NCBI GenBank assembly: GCA_012295275.1
Contig: CM022667.1
Location: 14,508,001-14,572,000, forward strand
From: Chrysomallon squamiferum
Lineage: Eukaryota; Animalia; Mollusca
Length of the DNA: 64,000 nucleotides
Reading direction: 5' to 3'
In this document: positions 13,540 to 27,129 of the stretch, piece after piece
How the letters are laid out: each line of letters starts with the position of its first letter
Numbering within the stretch: the first letter of the stretch is position 1
Notes under the pieces: model-generated
What the model saw: the letters and a program-made list of their open reading frames with translations, nothing else
Told to the model about the DNA's origin: nothing
Database searches by the model: none
Position numbers and translations under genes: made by a program

Positions 13540-14050
13540 TTTTGGCCAGATTTACGCGATCTGCTGCCAGTCGACTCTGATCTATTACAACAATTCCTGA
13601 GAGTCGTTAAAGCAGAGAGGCAACCAGAACGAGATTACGAAAAACGTCATCTTCTTTTCGAGCTGCAAGGTGTTATTTACTAGCGACACCGACCATCGTT
13701 GATAAAAATCGTTGAGCGCGTTGTTTATCGGCAACATCTACATTCGAGTCAGCAACCCTGCTCCAATTTGCAGAAAAACGTCATCGCTCGCCATGACAGT
13801 TTGAGAAAGTCCAATAATCGTGTTTTACGACCCGACCTCTTCCTCGCGTCGCCTCTGCTAAAACGCATCGCGCAAACCCCGCTGTGTTAAAACTGTTTAC
13901 GGCAAAGGCGATCACCAGAGGGCAGCACCGTCGTAATTCATCAACAATCGACTGCTGATTGTCGTAAAATATTGAAAAAGCAATTTTCGTGACATCGGGG
14001 GTTGAGCTGCGCGAAACGTCTCTTCTGCGTTTTCTTGTCTTTCGTACAGC
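13540..14050. promoter_or_regulatory. CpG-rich island with posterior-Hox/Cdx-type TCGTAAA sites and a CTCF-like motif
   Basis: TTTTACGAC (13823-13831), GTCGTAAAA (13961-13969), GTCGTAAT (13930), GTCGTTAAA (~13603). GAAAAACGTCATC occurs twice (13639, 13773). TCACCAGAGGGCAGCA at 13912-13927. Confidence 0.45.
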
Positions 14051-14362
14051 GCTTATTGAAACTTGGTTAGTTTACTGATACTCATGATCGATTTTCGAAT
14101 CTGGGAGAGGATTTACCTTAGAGACAATGGCGGAGTCAAGGCGGTAGAATTGAATTTCATGTCCAGTTAACCCTGTTAGTGGATTCCATGGAATGTAAGT
14201 GACTACACACACGGGAACCAAATCTGAGACAGTATTAAAAGAAAAAGAATCAGACAGGACAAGAACCAGAGGATTTTTGTAAATCACCTAGAAGTTTTGG
14301 CTGTGTCCAAGGAAAAACAGACAGTTGTATATGACATAACGCAAAACGGCGATCTTTTTTAC

Positions 14363-14400
<38 letters not shown>

Positions 14401-14934
14401 TTGAACTGACCGATATTTATTACAACTGTCTTAATTTTGAACTGATCGATTTTATTTTCTGTATAAACACACATAATTTTTTTTTCTGTTATTAGAAAAA
14501 TATAGGCACAGATGCGACCATTCCGTATATTCGGAAATTCAGCACCAACTCCTATTGGTATTACATTATCATTTTCTACTGCTTTGTTTTCCCATGGACA
14601 AATTACACTGCTACCCTCTTATCCTGCGAACATCTGTCAAATTAACCCTTATATAAATTATACATTTAAACCGCAGATAATGCACTTTTGTATATCCTTT
14701 AGCATCAAGGGATGTTTTACGCGTACTTTCCCAGAAACAGTAAAATACAAACCGTGGCCTTTGATTGCTTGGTGATTTTACACTGGTTCGGATGAGATCT
14801 GTCGCAAAGGGATTTAATGCTGAATGACTTAAGATGACATGATTAAAATCCTCAGAAAAAAGTTTTCAAACGAGTTAATTTGGTTTTTATCTTGTATCGT
14901 TTTTGATTTGCTAGACGTAGGAACGTGCTTAGAT

Positions 14935-15029
<95 letters not shown>

Positions 15030-15329
15030 ACACACACACACACACACACACACACAAGTAAATCAGTCAAAGGTGAAAGGTCAAATTTCAATAAATAAGT
15101 AAACAAACAAATAAATAAAATATAAGAATACTATTATTATTATTACTACTACTACTATGACTACTACGACTACGACTACCAGTGCCTCTATTATTATTGT
15201 TGTTGTTGTTGTTATTATTATCATTATCATTAGTATTATATCCGTGCATTTGCTAACAGACGTTAATACAGGACTAATGAAGGAAAGGAAAACTCTGAAA
15301 ATACGTTTCTTACGCATTTGAATTCTCTT

Positions 15330-15910
15330 TCCACAGAGGCTGCCAGAAACATAAACAAGGTGACGGCATATGTCACGGGCAAACACCTCGAGGAGTGACA
15401 GAATGAATTTTGCATTGGATAATTTGTCAAACTAACCCGCATCCAGACCGGTCACGTTAATTATGATAACTCCATAGACCCGCGCCCTCCAGGCCTGACC
15501 TCCGGTACACTAAACCAAAGATTCTCGATGCTTTTGTAAACCAAGTCTCCGTTGCTAAGTCCCTGTCAGGCAAAACTAATCCATAAACAAGTTGGCCTCC
15601 AGATAGGTAATGTTTGTTCAAGAACACCAGAAGTTCGCCATCATTAACCGCGCTCGGGATTCTGATTGGTATGGCCTCCAGCGCACACACCAGATTGGGC
15701 GGTAGCAGCGGTGCTCCGCGCTCCGAGGGGGAATTTCTCATGAGATAATTATCGAAAGCATTTCCGATTCTAACTACTTGACTTCCTTAAGGACTTAATG
15801 ACTATTATTGGTGCACGAATCTGCCCGAAGCAGTCCGTAAACGTGTTAAATTGACAGATCATTGCCGTATTGATTCCCACCGACAGTTAATAGATCGAGA
15901 CAAGAAGCGA
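15330..15910. promoter_or_regulatory. CpG-rich unique non-coding island, enhancer- or promoter-like
   Basis: High GC/CpG. Two GATTGG (reverse CCAAT) at ~15664 and ~15693, an adjacent GGGCGG, Fox-type ATAAACA twice, and TGACAG/CTGTCA sites. The 94-aa minus-strand ORF has no recognisable homology. Confidence 0.4.
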
Positions 15911-16799
15911 CAAAGTATATAAATAAATAATAAAAAAAAAAAAGGTATAAATAGATAAATAAATAAAACATAATAATAATAAAAAAAAAAAAATTACACC
16001 GTAAAAATATATAGTTGTAAACAAATAGCCACACATAAGAGAAGATTATTTTCCGATCTCTTTGAAAACAGGTCTGAAATATTTTTATCGATGTGTGGTT
16101 GGAGGTTATAAAGTATTACTTCACCTCTGGTACATTTGATATGATTATAATGACGACGTCGCTATAATCGAACGTATTTTCGAGCGGGTTTTACTCTCTT
16201 TTTTCCAGACGTTCTTTCTGGCTTGACTGAAAATGCATTAAGATATTAGTAATACAGTAGAAAGTCAGTATGCATAAAGATACTAAAATACGTGTTCATT
16301 GATAAATGTTTGCAAGAACCTACACATATGCGGATCCAGAAATGTACACATACAACATAAACAGGCAAAATGCAAAACAGAGATATACCCAAGAATAAAC
16401 AAACTGATGCCCTCAGAACACGACAGAACGCAAACATTTACTGATGCTGTCTATTTCTCATCTTTATCAATCAATGGGAAAAAACAGCTCTAAATTATAA
16501 TGTCAAGAAAATGCATAATAGGACTTTTCATATTTTTTGAAAATTGCATTTCAGTATTATAAAATAAAATTTTATGCTGTCTATGATGTTAGATTATCTT
16601 GTTATTTCTGAGCATACCCTTCCCCAAATGAATAACAAGCTATGAATATTTTTGCGGGAAGCCGCAAAAGACTCAGATGCAAATAATTCTCCAATGTATG
16701 ATGGTGAATGAAAACGAAACGGAGGCGATGGAGAAAGAATCACGTAACACGCAATTTCGTGCAGACAATATCTTGATTAAACTTGTGTAAACTTGGCAT

Positions 16800-17015
16800 A
16801 ATGGACGTTTATTGTTATGGAATAGCACGCCGTGTTTGTTCGTCCTGGTCGCTGTCGAGTTCGCCGTGACTTACACGGCCACGTATTGTTTTGATTGGTC
16901 GAGCGGCGTCGTGTGCCTGCTACATATTTCACCAAGCACGTTTTTGATTGGATAGATGTGTGAACGTGTTCAGATTAAGATCATTCTTGATTGGCCGGGT
17001 GGAATACCACGTTTC
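16800..17015. promoter_or_regulatory. Promoter-like element with three co-oriented CCAAT (NF-Y) boxes
   Basis: TTGATTGG with ATTGG at 16894, 16947 and 16990 (spacings 53 and 43 bp) in CpG-rich sequence. The first two are preceded by CACGT. Confidence 0.45.
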
Positions 17016-18092
17016 TGTATAATCTGTTCGTGTTTGGTTAATACTAAACTTTTATTAAATTTTGTTTAGTATTGTCCTTTCATATATTAAGGAATTGCAT
17101 TTGCTTTCCCCCATTAACAACAATAAGGTACACACATGACAAACATTAAACACAAACAGAGTTACTATCCTGAATTGTAATTATTTTTCTTTACTTAATA
17201 CATTACAGTTTCTTCTTCTTCTTCTTCTTCTCTATCACTCACTGTTTCTCTTATCATCAGCATCTACATAAATAAATTGAAGATCGGAGACAGAAAGCAG
17301 AAATATTTTTGTAAAGTTAAAGCTAGCAAACAAACATTGTGAACAGTAGTCTCCATAACCTTTGGAGCTTTTTGTCAATGAATCCAATTAATTTCATATT
17401 ATATTACCTAATTCTTTCTATTCAACATTTTCAGTGAATAATTTATCAATGATTTTTTGAAAGCGAGAATAAAACGTAGATTGTAATTTATTAAAGTCTA
17501 TGGTATGCACTGTTGTTATTAAACGTAAACTTATAAAACACTGGTTGGTTATTCGCATATTACATTCTCTTCCATTTTTATTCATTTGCTTTTACGTTCA
17601 AACAACTGTACAGTTGACAGCCTTGATCAGTTTCACTGCCATGTTCTGCATTTGGTGTATTTCTATAACGTCTCAGTTTACCAAGAATCTTTGACGAAAG
17701 GTAATAATATATTTCAAATCCACCCACACCAAATTACACACTCTTGCACATGAAAGACATGGGTAACTAACTGATTATAGTTTTTCTTATAAAAGGAAGA
17801 TTGATGAAAAAGAAAAATGAAAACAAAAATATGATACTAAGATGAAAAAGACAGTATCTGTATCAACTTGCGCTTGTAAAGAAGGTAAAAAGAACATGCA
17901 TATGGATAAAAAATTAAAATAAAATAAAAAATGAAATGAAAAAAGCGAAATAAAAAAGAGAAGAAAAATGAGTAAACCTCGAAGGGAAAACAACCCTTTA
18001 ATATTACGTCTTTTTTTTTTCTTTTTCTCCTTCTTATTAGTTTTGATTTTGATTTGCTTTTTTGCGTACTTTTTTTTCTTTGTGTGTGTGTG

Positions 18093-18127
<35 letters not shown>

Positions 18128-18785
18128 GTGTAAATTTATACAAATTTAATATTCCTATATAGTGACAAAACTGATGGGGACCAGGACCGTGTTGTAATAC
18201 AAAATGTTTTTTTTGTTGTTGTTTTGTACAAATGTAAAATTCTTTGGATGACGATCTCAACTGATCAGTTTATTGTGTCGGCTGTGATATGAGTGTGTGT
18301 GTGTGTGCATGTGTATATGTGTTTGTATGAATACACACATGCGTGTACTTAAAGAAGTCGTCATTCAGCGAAATATTTGACTTTGATGGGATTTCGCTTC
18401 GATTTATTAAATTTCCTATCGTAAACACTTTTAGAAAGTATCAGTTAAGTTATGAAACAAGGATAAATACGTTACCTTACAAGAATCTATACCCATTTCT
18501 GCTATGACTTTGAACAGAAACATTGCCGAGTAGTTCAAACAACGTCATGTGTTTATGATTTAACTCTACTGTTTCTATAGCGGACGTTCACGGAAAGTGT
18601 CGAACCATTTTTCCGAACATTAAGTTAGTTTAATGTCTACAGAAATTATTATACTTTGTGAGGTTATTTGTTTATTTAATTATTAATTTATTATTATTAT
18701 TATTATTATAAATAAATAAAAAAAAAACATAAAAAAAAAAAAAGAAATAAAAACAACAACAATAAACACAAACATAAACAAAGAA

Positions 18786-18816
<31 letters not shown>

Positions 18817-20936
18817 AAAAAATGTCTTAAAAAAAAAAAAAAAAAAAAAATGAAGAAAGACACTAAAAGCGCCCAAAGCATTAATAATAAAAGATTTTTC
18901 GAAGAAACGAAATTGATTCATAACGTGCTGATGGACTAATGACGTCATCAGCATTCTCTCGCAGACGGCTAATGAAATCATGCGATTGTTTGCTCACCGC
19001 ATCATCTCTTTGATGGGTTTTCATCATGCCGCTATTGTCGGAATGGTTATTTAAAGGTTTTTGTATACGCTCGAGCTTCGTCCCGTTAAATGTTACAGAA
19101 TTATTTCTGTCTTTTACTCTTTTCTTTTTTTTTCCCCCTTTTTTCCACAAAAACTAGTTGTTTGCGTATTGTCTGCTGGCTTGCCGTTGAAATGAAAACT
19201 GGCGGAAATGTAACAAAATGGATACACTTTTGTGAGCTGCGAAATCGGTGCGAAATGCATTCTAAGATGTTTGCCCATTGTTTGATTTCTTTTTGTTGTC
19301 TTCGTGTGTCATTGATTTTTTACACGTATCAAGAAAGAGATAGATATTTCTATTACGTATTTTCGAATATTCTTTTTTTCTTTTCAATTTTTTTTTTTTT
19401 TTTTTTTTTTAAAAAAAAAAGGACCTCTGATCCATTTGCTAGAACTAGTAAATGCCATATTACAAACGGTGCTTAATGAACTGCAAACAAACCGGCAGGC
19501 ATTAATGACATACATTTGTTTGTCCCTTTCTTGCCATACTTATATTAAAAAAAGGTTTAGCAAATGTATACTGCGTCTGTTTAAATAATGGACCCACGTT
19601 AGCGCTGTGTCACAAATAAAACTTACTTAAATATATACGTATAGCTCTTCGTGATTTAAGTACGCCTTTTAGGAACCGATTGTGTAGAAGAATTTGTGAC
19701 AGCGGTCATGTTTGATGAAGCTTTTTGTAAAAGTTGTTAGGTCAGAGAAAATAGCATTAATTGTAAATTGTATAAAACTAAAAGAAGAAGAAGAAAAAGA
19801 AGAAGAAGAAGAAAAAGAAGAAGAAGTAGAAGAAGATGATGATAATGAAGAAGAAGAAGAGAAGGAGAAAAAAACACACACAAAAAAAACAACAACAGTA
19901 AATTATGACACCAGTAAATGAAAACGAAAAAATATTTTTTTGATCAAAACATATGTAAGAAAGTAACTAAATAAGATGGTAGGTAAGTAAATAACATAAA
20001 GAGAATTTGTAACTTTGTTTAAAAAAATAATAATAATAAAACATACAAAATAAAAAAAAAATAAAATAAAAAATAAAATAAAGAGCAAAATAAAAAATAA
20101 ATTGAAATGAAGTGAAATAAAATATATCTTTTTTTGTTGTTGCTTAGTTTGTATCAATTTTCCACTAATTCAATAAAAAAAAAAAAAAAATGTAATTTGT
20201 AAATATTTTTAAGTAAACGTGTATTTTAAACCATATTTAATTTTTTCTTCAACTTCTTTTAAAACAAAACAAGCTATAAATGTAATAATTTTCACAGCGG
20301 CTCAAATCTGCTTCTCCGTATGTTTGTCTGTCTAAAATGTCTCTCTGTGTGTTCTTATCTGCACGCGCGTGCAGCCGTGCCCACTTGTGTATACGAACGT
20401 ACATTTATACATACATCTGTATGAATGTGAATGTGCATGTGTGCACTCATGCACAAACTCGAACACACAAACTAACCCAGTCTGTAAAATATCGGTTCAT
20501 TTAATTTTCAACATTAATCAACCTTTTTTAAAACACATTAACACTGGTTGTACTTTGGTTACCAAAACACTTTAACACTGTAAGCTTATTATTTTCTCTC
20601 TCATATCGTCAGTGCTATTGTTATGGTATACAGACGTCATTATAGTTAAGTAAAGACTTACAACGGTAATACATACACAGAACACTGCAGAATAGATATT
20701 ACTGATAACATTAGACGACAAATAATTGCGTGTCTTTTGTGAAATAAATTGTTTGTCTGATTGTTGCATAAAAGGTACATTTATGCAGCAAACAAATGTC
20801 GCGTACATTAATTATTTAAAACGGATAAATAAATCGTAGAGAAGAGAGAGAAAAAAGTCCATTAATGGCTTTTCTGGTTTAACCACTGCTGAAGTACTTT
20901 TTCAAAAGAACAAACCGTACTTTTATACTTTTTATA

Positions 20937-20968
<32 letters not shown>

Positions 20969-21290
20969 TTTTTGTTTGTTTAGTAGAATTAAGTCACAGA
21001 TCAAATAGTGCAGTAACAATATTTAACAATGCTTTAAAGCAAATTATTAACCAAACGCTATTTTAAAAAAAAATTCTTTTCTTCTTTTTCTTTAACTAGA
21101 TATAATATTTCTGAAATTGTCAAATTGTATATATATATTTCGTGTATTTTTTTCATTACTTTTTTATGTTCGGCGACTGATGTTGCTGAAAATAAATACT
21201 AAAAAATAAATCATAATAATGATAATAAATCTGCTGATACATGACCTTCACACATACACACAGAGAAAAAAGAAAAAGAAATAATTAGCT

Positions 21291-21594
<304 letters not shown>

Positions 21595-22330
21595 TTATGC
21601 TAACAACGCATATTCACTTTCTGGTCATCTCGCATTCAGCTCATTACTGAAAGTGCGCTCTGTTAGCAGACTCTCGTGAACACACAGACTCGTCTTGCCA
21701 GTGGTGAATCAATTAGCCTTAATTAATCTTTGCTCGGAGATGATCGAATATGAAAACGTGCGTCTTTACCAGATACGTCTCAGCCTCGTTCTGGGCCTCA
21801 CGGTCTCGGAGACCGAGACTCGCCGATGGATGGGAGAAAACGTGAGATGTCGATGAGACGATTCAACTATTAATCATAAACATTCGACGGAGACCTTTTC
21901 TCTGAGGTCGCGGACGACTTCGAGTGAAAACATGGAAACGCTATCTGCGGTCTGTTAGTGGCCCCCCGTCACAGAACTTCTGTTATTATTATTTTCTACT
22001 CTCTTACTTTTACTTCTTTTTTTGTTGTTGTAGTAAATAAAAACAAAACCCAGCAGCAAGTTCCGTTAATGGGCCATCTATGAAATATGTGCACGAAAAA
22101 TTGAATGTGGTAAATGGTCCGTCGTGAAGAATGACGTTTTTTATACAGAGAAGTGCGAGTGTACACGAGTTGAATGATTGTTCGGCAAATAAATGCAGTA
22201 TTTAAGGACGCTGTCTCAGTTTTAATCTATATTTGGTATTCGCTACTCAGAGGTCACTGAATGCTAAATACAGTAAAAAAAAGTAAGAGAGTATAGCCAG
22301 TGTCTATTTTTAATTCTTAAATTCATTAGT

Positions 22331-22425
<95 letters not shown>

Positions 22426-22491
22426 ATATATATACATATATATATATATTATGATCTATCTATATATATATGATATATATTATGGTCTATC

Positions 22492-22536
<45 letters not shown>

Positions 22537-22659
22537 TATGATCTATATATAGTAAATACGGGGGAAAAGAAACCGGAATCATCTCGGGTCTTTGTCTTCC
22601 GTCTTCTTGTATATTAATCAAAGATTGAGTTGATTGTTTTTGTTATTGTAGGAAATTGG

Positions 22660-23060
22660 ACCACATCTCCAGTCGAATAGAGCCTGACGTGAATTCACAT
22701 TTAACTGAATGGTGTACCATCGCTCAACGAAAATAGGACGTGCGTGATAACACAGCAAGCGAAACAGCGTTATTAATACGACCGCGTGGCCTACGACGTG
22801 TTTTGGGGGTTACAACGGCAACGCGCCTTGCTCCTCGGCAGAGTTTTGCGGAAATGCGTCCGTGACGGTAACAACGAAAACCGGTTCACTAGCAGCGTCC
22901 ATTTATAACGAACCCGGACGAAATTAAGATGGCTTACTTTTTGTTCATTTCCACATCGCTGGTGAATGACGTCAGTCACATGGGATGTATTTGAGAGCTT
23001 CACGTGCGTAACTCGAATTTCAGATTTGGAAGCTGAGCGGCAGAAACGTGACCTGGAAAT
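22660..23060. promoter_or_regulatory. CpG-rich island with multiple ACGTG cores, a full CRE and an E-box
   Basis: TGACGTGA (~22686), GGACGTGC (~22736), GACGTG (~22795), TGACGTCA (22967-22974), CACGTG (23001-23006), AACGTG (~23045). Confidence 0.4.
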
Positions 23061-23135
23061 TGAAGTTTGATGGAATGTCAGCTGTTTCTCTGTGTGTCAT
23101 GTCATATCAGGTTGAAGCCAAAGAATTCAGATTCA

Positions 23136-23196
<61 letters not shown>

Positions 23197-23385
23197 TAAC
23201 AACAATAACAATGGCGACGATGATGACGACAACAACAAACCAAAAACAAAAGTAAAAGATCGAAGAAGACAATTTTATAAAAAAAAAAATATATATAAAG
23301 GTAGCCATTAGTAGCAGAAAAACAGCAACACACATTCAGAGAGAGAGAGAGAGAGAGAGAGACGGAAAGTCCAACGTAGTTATCC

Positions 23386-23429
<44 letters not shown>

Positions 23430-24714
23430 AAAATAAAATTATTACAGCAAAATAAAATTATAAAGTAAATAACTTTTCCACTCACATCAGTTTTATTATT
23501 ATTATTATTATTATTAATATTATTATTATCAAAATTCGCTTGTTATTGCTTCTTGTTGCGAGATTGTATCATTACGATTGTATCTGCTCGTAAAGACATC
23601 TTTGATGATTGACCGATTTTCTTATAATCTTCCGCCAAAGAGCTGAGACCGCGCGCGCGCGCTCTTCTTTTCTCCTTTTTTGTCAGCGATCGATATCATC
23701 TCAGTGATCACGATCGTCTTTGAGGACGAAACCAGTGACTAAGTTAGCTACATCCTGGCTCTTGTTTTTGTAGTTACTCTAAGTCGAATAAACGCCGGCA
23801 TTATTGACTGAGAATTAAAACACCAGCGTTGGAACCGTTTGTTTTGCGGCAACAAAGGAGCGGAAAGTAGCAAATAAACGACAGGCCGAAATACAAGGAC
23901 AGCGAAATTAGCGCAGAATTCTTTTATGCAAATCCGTTGACGCTTGTACGGCGGTTGATTACAGCGTTGTCATCAAACTAATGTTTTGTATGTCCGGTTA
24001 AATTCCTCCATTGCCCACGTACGCTCTGGTTTAATAGTTTTCTGGACCAGTGTCAATTAAGTGTCTCAGAACAGCGGATGTGGTGCTGGTCATCTGAGAG
24101 ATGAGCGAGACATTCGGGAGCCGAACACTGGCCACAGTGATTATTATCTGATGTATGTATACGCCAAAAAGTAGAAGAAGAAGAAGAAGAAGAAGAAGAA
24201 GAAGAAGAAGAAGAAGAATAGGAGAAGGAAGAGGAAGAATGATAATAATCATAAGAAGAAAATTATACAGAGAAGATTTGGAAATAGAAATTATTATTTA
24301 AAATATATATATATATATATATAAAAATAAAATACGATAGATAAGGGGATACGGAAAACTCAGAATCCCAGAGCATCAAGTAATAATGATGATTGTGATG
24401 ATGATGGTGATTTTGATCATAATACAATGCAAAGTACACTCTCAGTTAATAATTTACACAAATGGCTCTATGTAAATGCAATACCTTTCTCTGAAATCCT
24501 GAACGTGCTGCCATTTTTGTGTGAAAATAAATTCAGAAAAATATAACGATATTTCTGACAATTAACCACTGTTGTTAATTTTAATTAGAAAAGAATTAAT
24601 TACTTCCAAGAATTCGCACTCCAAATGTAGTCATCTCAAACATCATAAAGGTGCTAAAACAACCAAGCACCAACGATTTTTCACAAAATACGTCTAGTTT
24701 CGGTCAAGCCAGAA

Positions 24715-24949
24715 AGTACCCGATATTCGTCGTTTCATATTCGAAATAATCAGTAAATAAGCAGTATTCGATACTCATTCGATTTCTGTATTCGTGAAAG
24801 CTTACATTTATCAGATGATTCTTTACAAATTAGGAACATTTTCGATTAAGGCGTGAAATATCCGAACTTCATCGTATTGATATTTCATATTTTATATTTA
24901 AGATAAACAGAACATGGCAACGGATAATTCGATATCCGTTCTATCACTG
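24715..24949. mobile_element. Possible degenerate end of a non-autonomous hAT-type DNA transposon
   Basis: About six (T/C/A)ATTCG subterminal-like repeats in ~230 bp, a palindrome AACGGATA-N6-TATCCGTT (24919-24940), and an end reading CAGTGATAG on the minus strand, resembling hAT CAGTG/TAGTG termini. I could not find the partner TIR or a TSD. Confidence 0.3.
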
Positions 24950-25224
24950 TCCTGCTAACGGTTTAGGAAAATAAAATAAGTCAAACTGTCTCTTACAAAC
25001 CAATCTATTAAAAATAATAAATGTAATTTTATTTTGTTTTCCAGACTAACGCGAAGGTGATCGATGATTCAAGAATGCTAGAAAAGATATACATTTGTTA
25101 TTACCGCTCTAACCTTTTTTTTTTTTTTTTTTTTTTCTGTCTAGCCAATATATCGTTTTATAATTTAAGATACAAAGAGACTGTAGTCAGAATGTCTTCT
25201 GCTGGATGAAAAATAATACTGACG

Positions 25225-25436
25225 TACTGGAGACTCCTTGTTTGCCGAAAAACCTTAGAATGTTGTTACAACAACTTCCTGTCTTGCGCAGTCCTCGTGT
25301 CAGACGATTTCTTTCCAACAGTCATCTCGTTCATTCCTCCATCGTCTTGCTCGACTTTCTCTAGATCGTTACCCTCTGTTTGGTTTCTAAGTAATGATAC
25401 CTGTTGTCCATCGGTTATCTTGTATTCTGCTGATCA
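25225..25436 (-). mobile_element. 5'-truncated, decayed RTE-clade LINE (C-terminal end of ORF2)
   Basis: The minus strand, with two frameshifts, reads ISRIQDNRWTTGIIT*KPNRG*RSRE / ARRWRNERDDCWKEIV* / RTAQDRKLL*QHSKVFRQ. This fits the RTE C-terminal pattern (GH)xxRxxDNRWT...W.P..GKRxRGRPxxRWxD....W.R.AQDR..W....EAF.Q. Conserved Trp codons have decayed to stops. Confidence 0.8.
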
Positions 25437-25589
25437 GTTTCGGACAATCAGTCTGTCTGTTTGTCTGATATAGCGATTAGAAACACGAAAACATTAATTT
25501 TACACACTGCTAGGCTTGATCACACAGATGTCAAAGTACTTGTAGAAGTAGTTGCAGTCTTTATATCTATCAATCTATCTATCTGTCTG

Positions 25590-25664
<75 letters not shown>

Positions 25665-25781
25665 GTCTATCTATATATTATAATAATAATAATATATATA
25701 CATGGACAAATTTACTCATCATACTTCAGTTTAAATGAATTTTTTGAAAAAGGTGTATATTAAAAAAGTAATGACAGACAA

Positions 25782-25833
<52 letters not shown>

Positions 25834-26346
25834 TTAATAATAAACGATTAATGAAGAAACAGGTTAAAAAAGAATAATAATAAAAACTAAACAAAATGTA
25901 TACTCTTATCAAATAAGAAAACTAACATTATTATTAGATCAATCATGTCGTAATATTTATAAATTTTTTTGAGCGCAGGTGAATGTCTTTGTATAATCAA
26001 TGAATTTACCTGGCAATTATCTTGTTTCTGTTAGTTTTCAGGTGTACACAGGTACACACTGCCCTTTTTCAGTTTTATTTCCAAAGAGAAGAAAAGAACA
26101 GAAGAAAAAAAAAGAAAGATTGATTGGTGTATTTAATTTCGCTTGCAATGAAGATAAAATATTTATATTTTGTCTCTATGTACCGATATTTAAATATCTG
26201 TTTATTTATCCTTATGATCTCTGTAATATATATTTCTCACTTCAAATATTTATTATAATCCCTTACTATATATATATACACACACACATATATATACATA
26301 CACATATGCATATACATATATATATTGATATACATACATACATACA

Positions 26347-26413
<67 letters not shown>

Positions 26414-26494
26414 TATATATTATATTTGTCTTGGGACCTTTTGTTTTTGTTCTTGTTCTCATTTTTCAGTCTGCATGTATAAATGTTAGTTTCC

Positions 26495-26570
<76 letters not shown>

Positions 26571-27022
26571 TCTTTTTTCTGAGCGTGAAACTATGAATAA
26601 ACATATTTACTGATCGTTATTCAAAGGTTGTTTAAAAGAGACATACAAGACAAGGAAGTAATTTTTTCCCTCGATGCTGTTTACTGTAATTATGACGATG
26701 TTGATTTAACAAGGTGATACTGACGATAGTAATGAACATAATCTATCTTTGAAAAAAAAAATGTAGATCAAAATATGAAGAAAAAGAAGAAAAGAGAATG
26801 AAACAGAAAAAAAAAAGAAAGAAAGAAAAGAGGACACAAACATGATAAGAAAAACGTCAAAAGGGGAAAAAAAAATTTTTTTTTTACTAATTTGAGAGTA
26901 GGGAGTAAATTGAATTGCGAGAAAACTAATGAACTCAGAATCTCTGTCAGTCGTGAATTTCTTTTTATTTACAACTTCTTTGATTTACAGAACATATTTC
27001 TTATTAGTGAGAGTGAGTGAAC

Positions 27023-27129
<107 letters not shown>

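Noticed and set aside
14189-14200. TGGAATGTAA, miR-1-like start; also a miR-375-like TTTGTTCGT at ~16835
   Set aside because: Seed-length matches only, with no precursor hairpin.
15457-15741. 94-aa non-repetitive minus-strand ORF
   Set aside because: No recognisable homology or splice context. An ORF this long is expected by chance in a GC-richer island.
17751-17765. TGAAAGACATGGGTA, identical to the first 15 nt of miR-71 as I recall it
   Set aside because: The 3' part diverges (ACTAAC instead of GTGAGATG), no complementary star arm forms a hairpin, and no miR-2 copies are adjacent.
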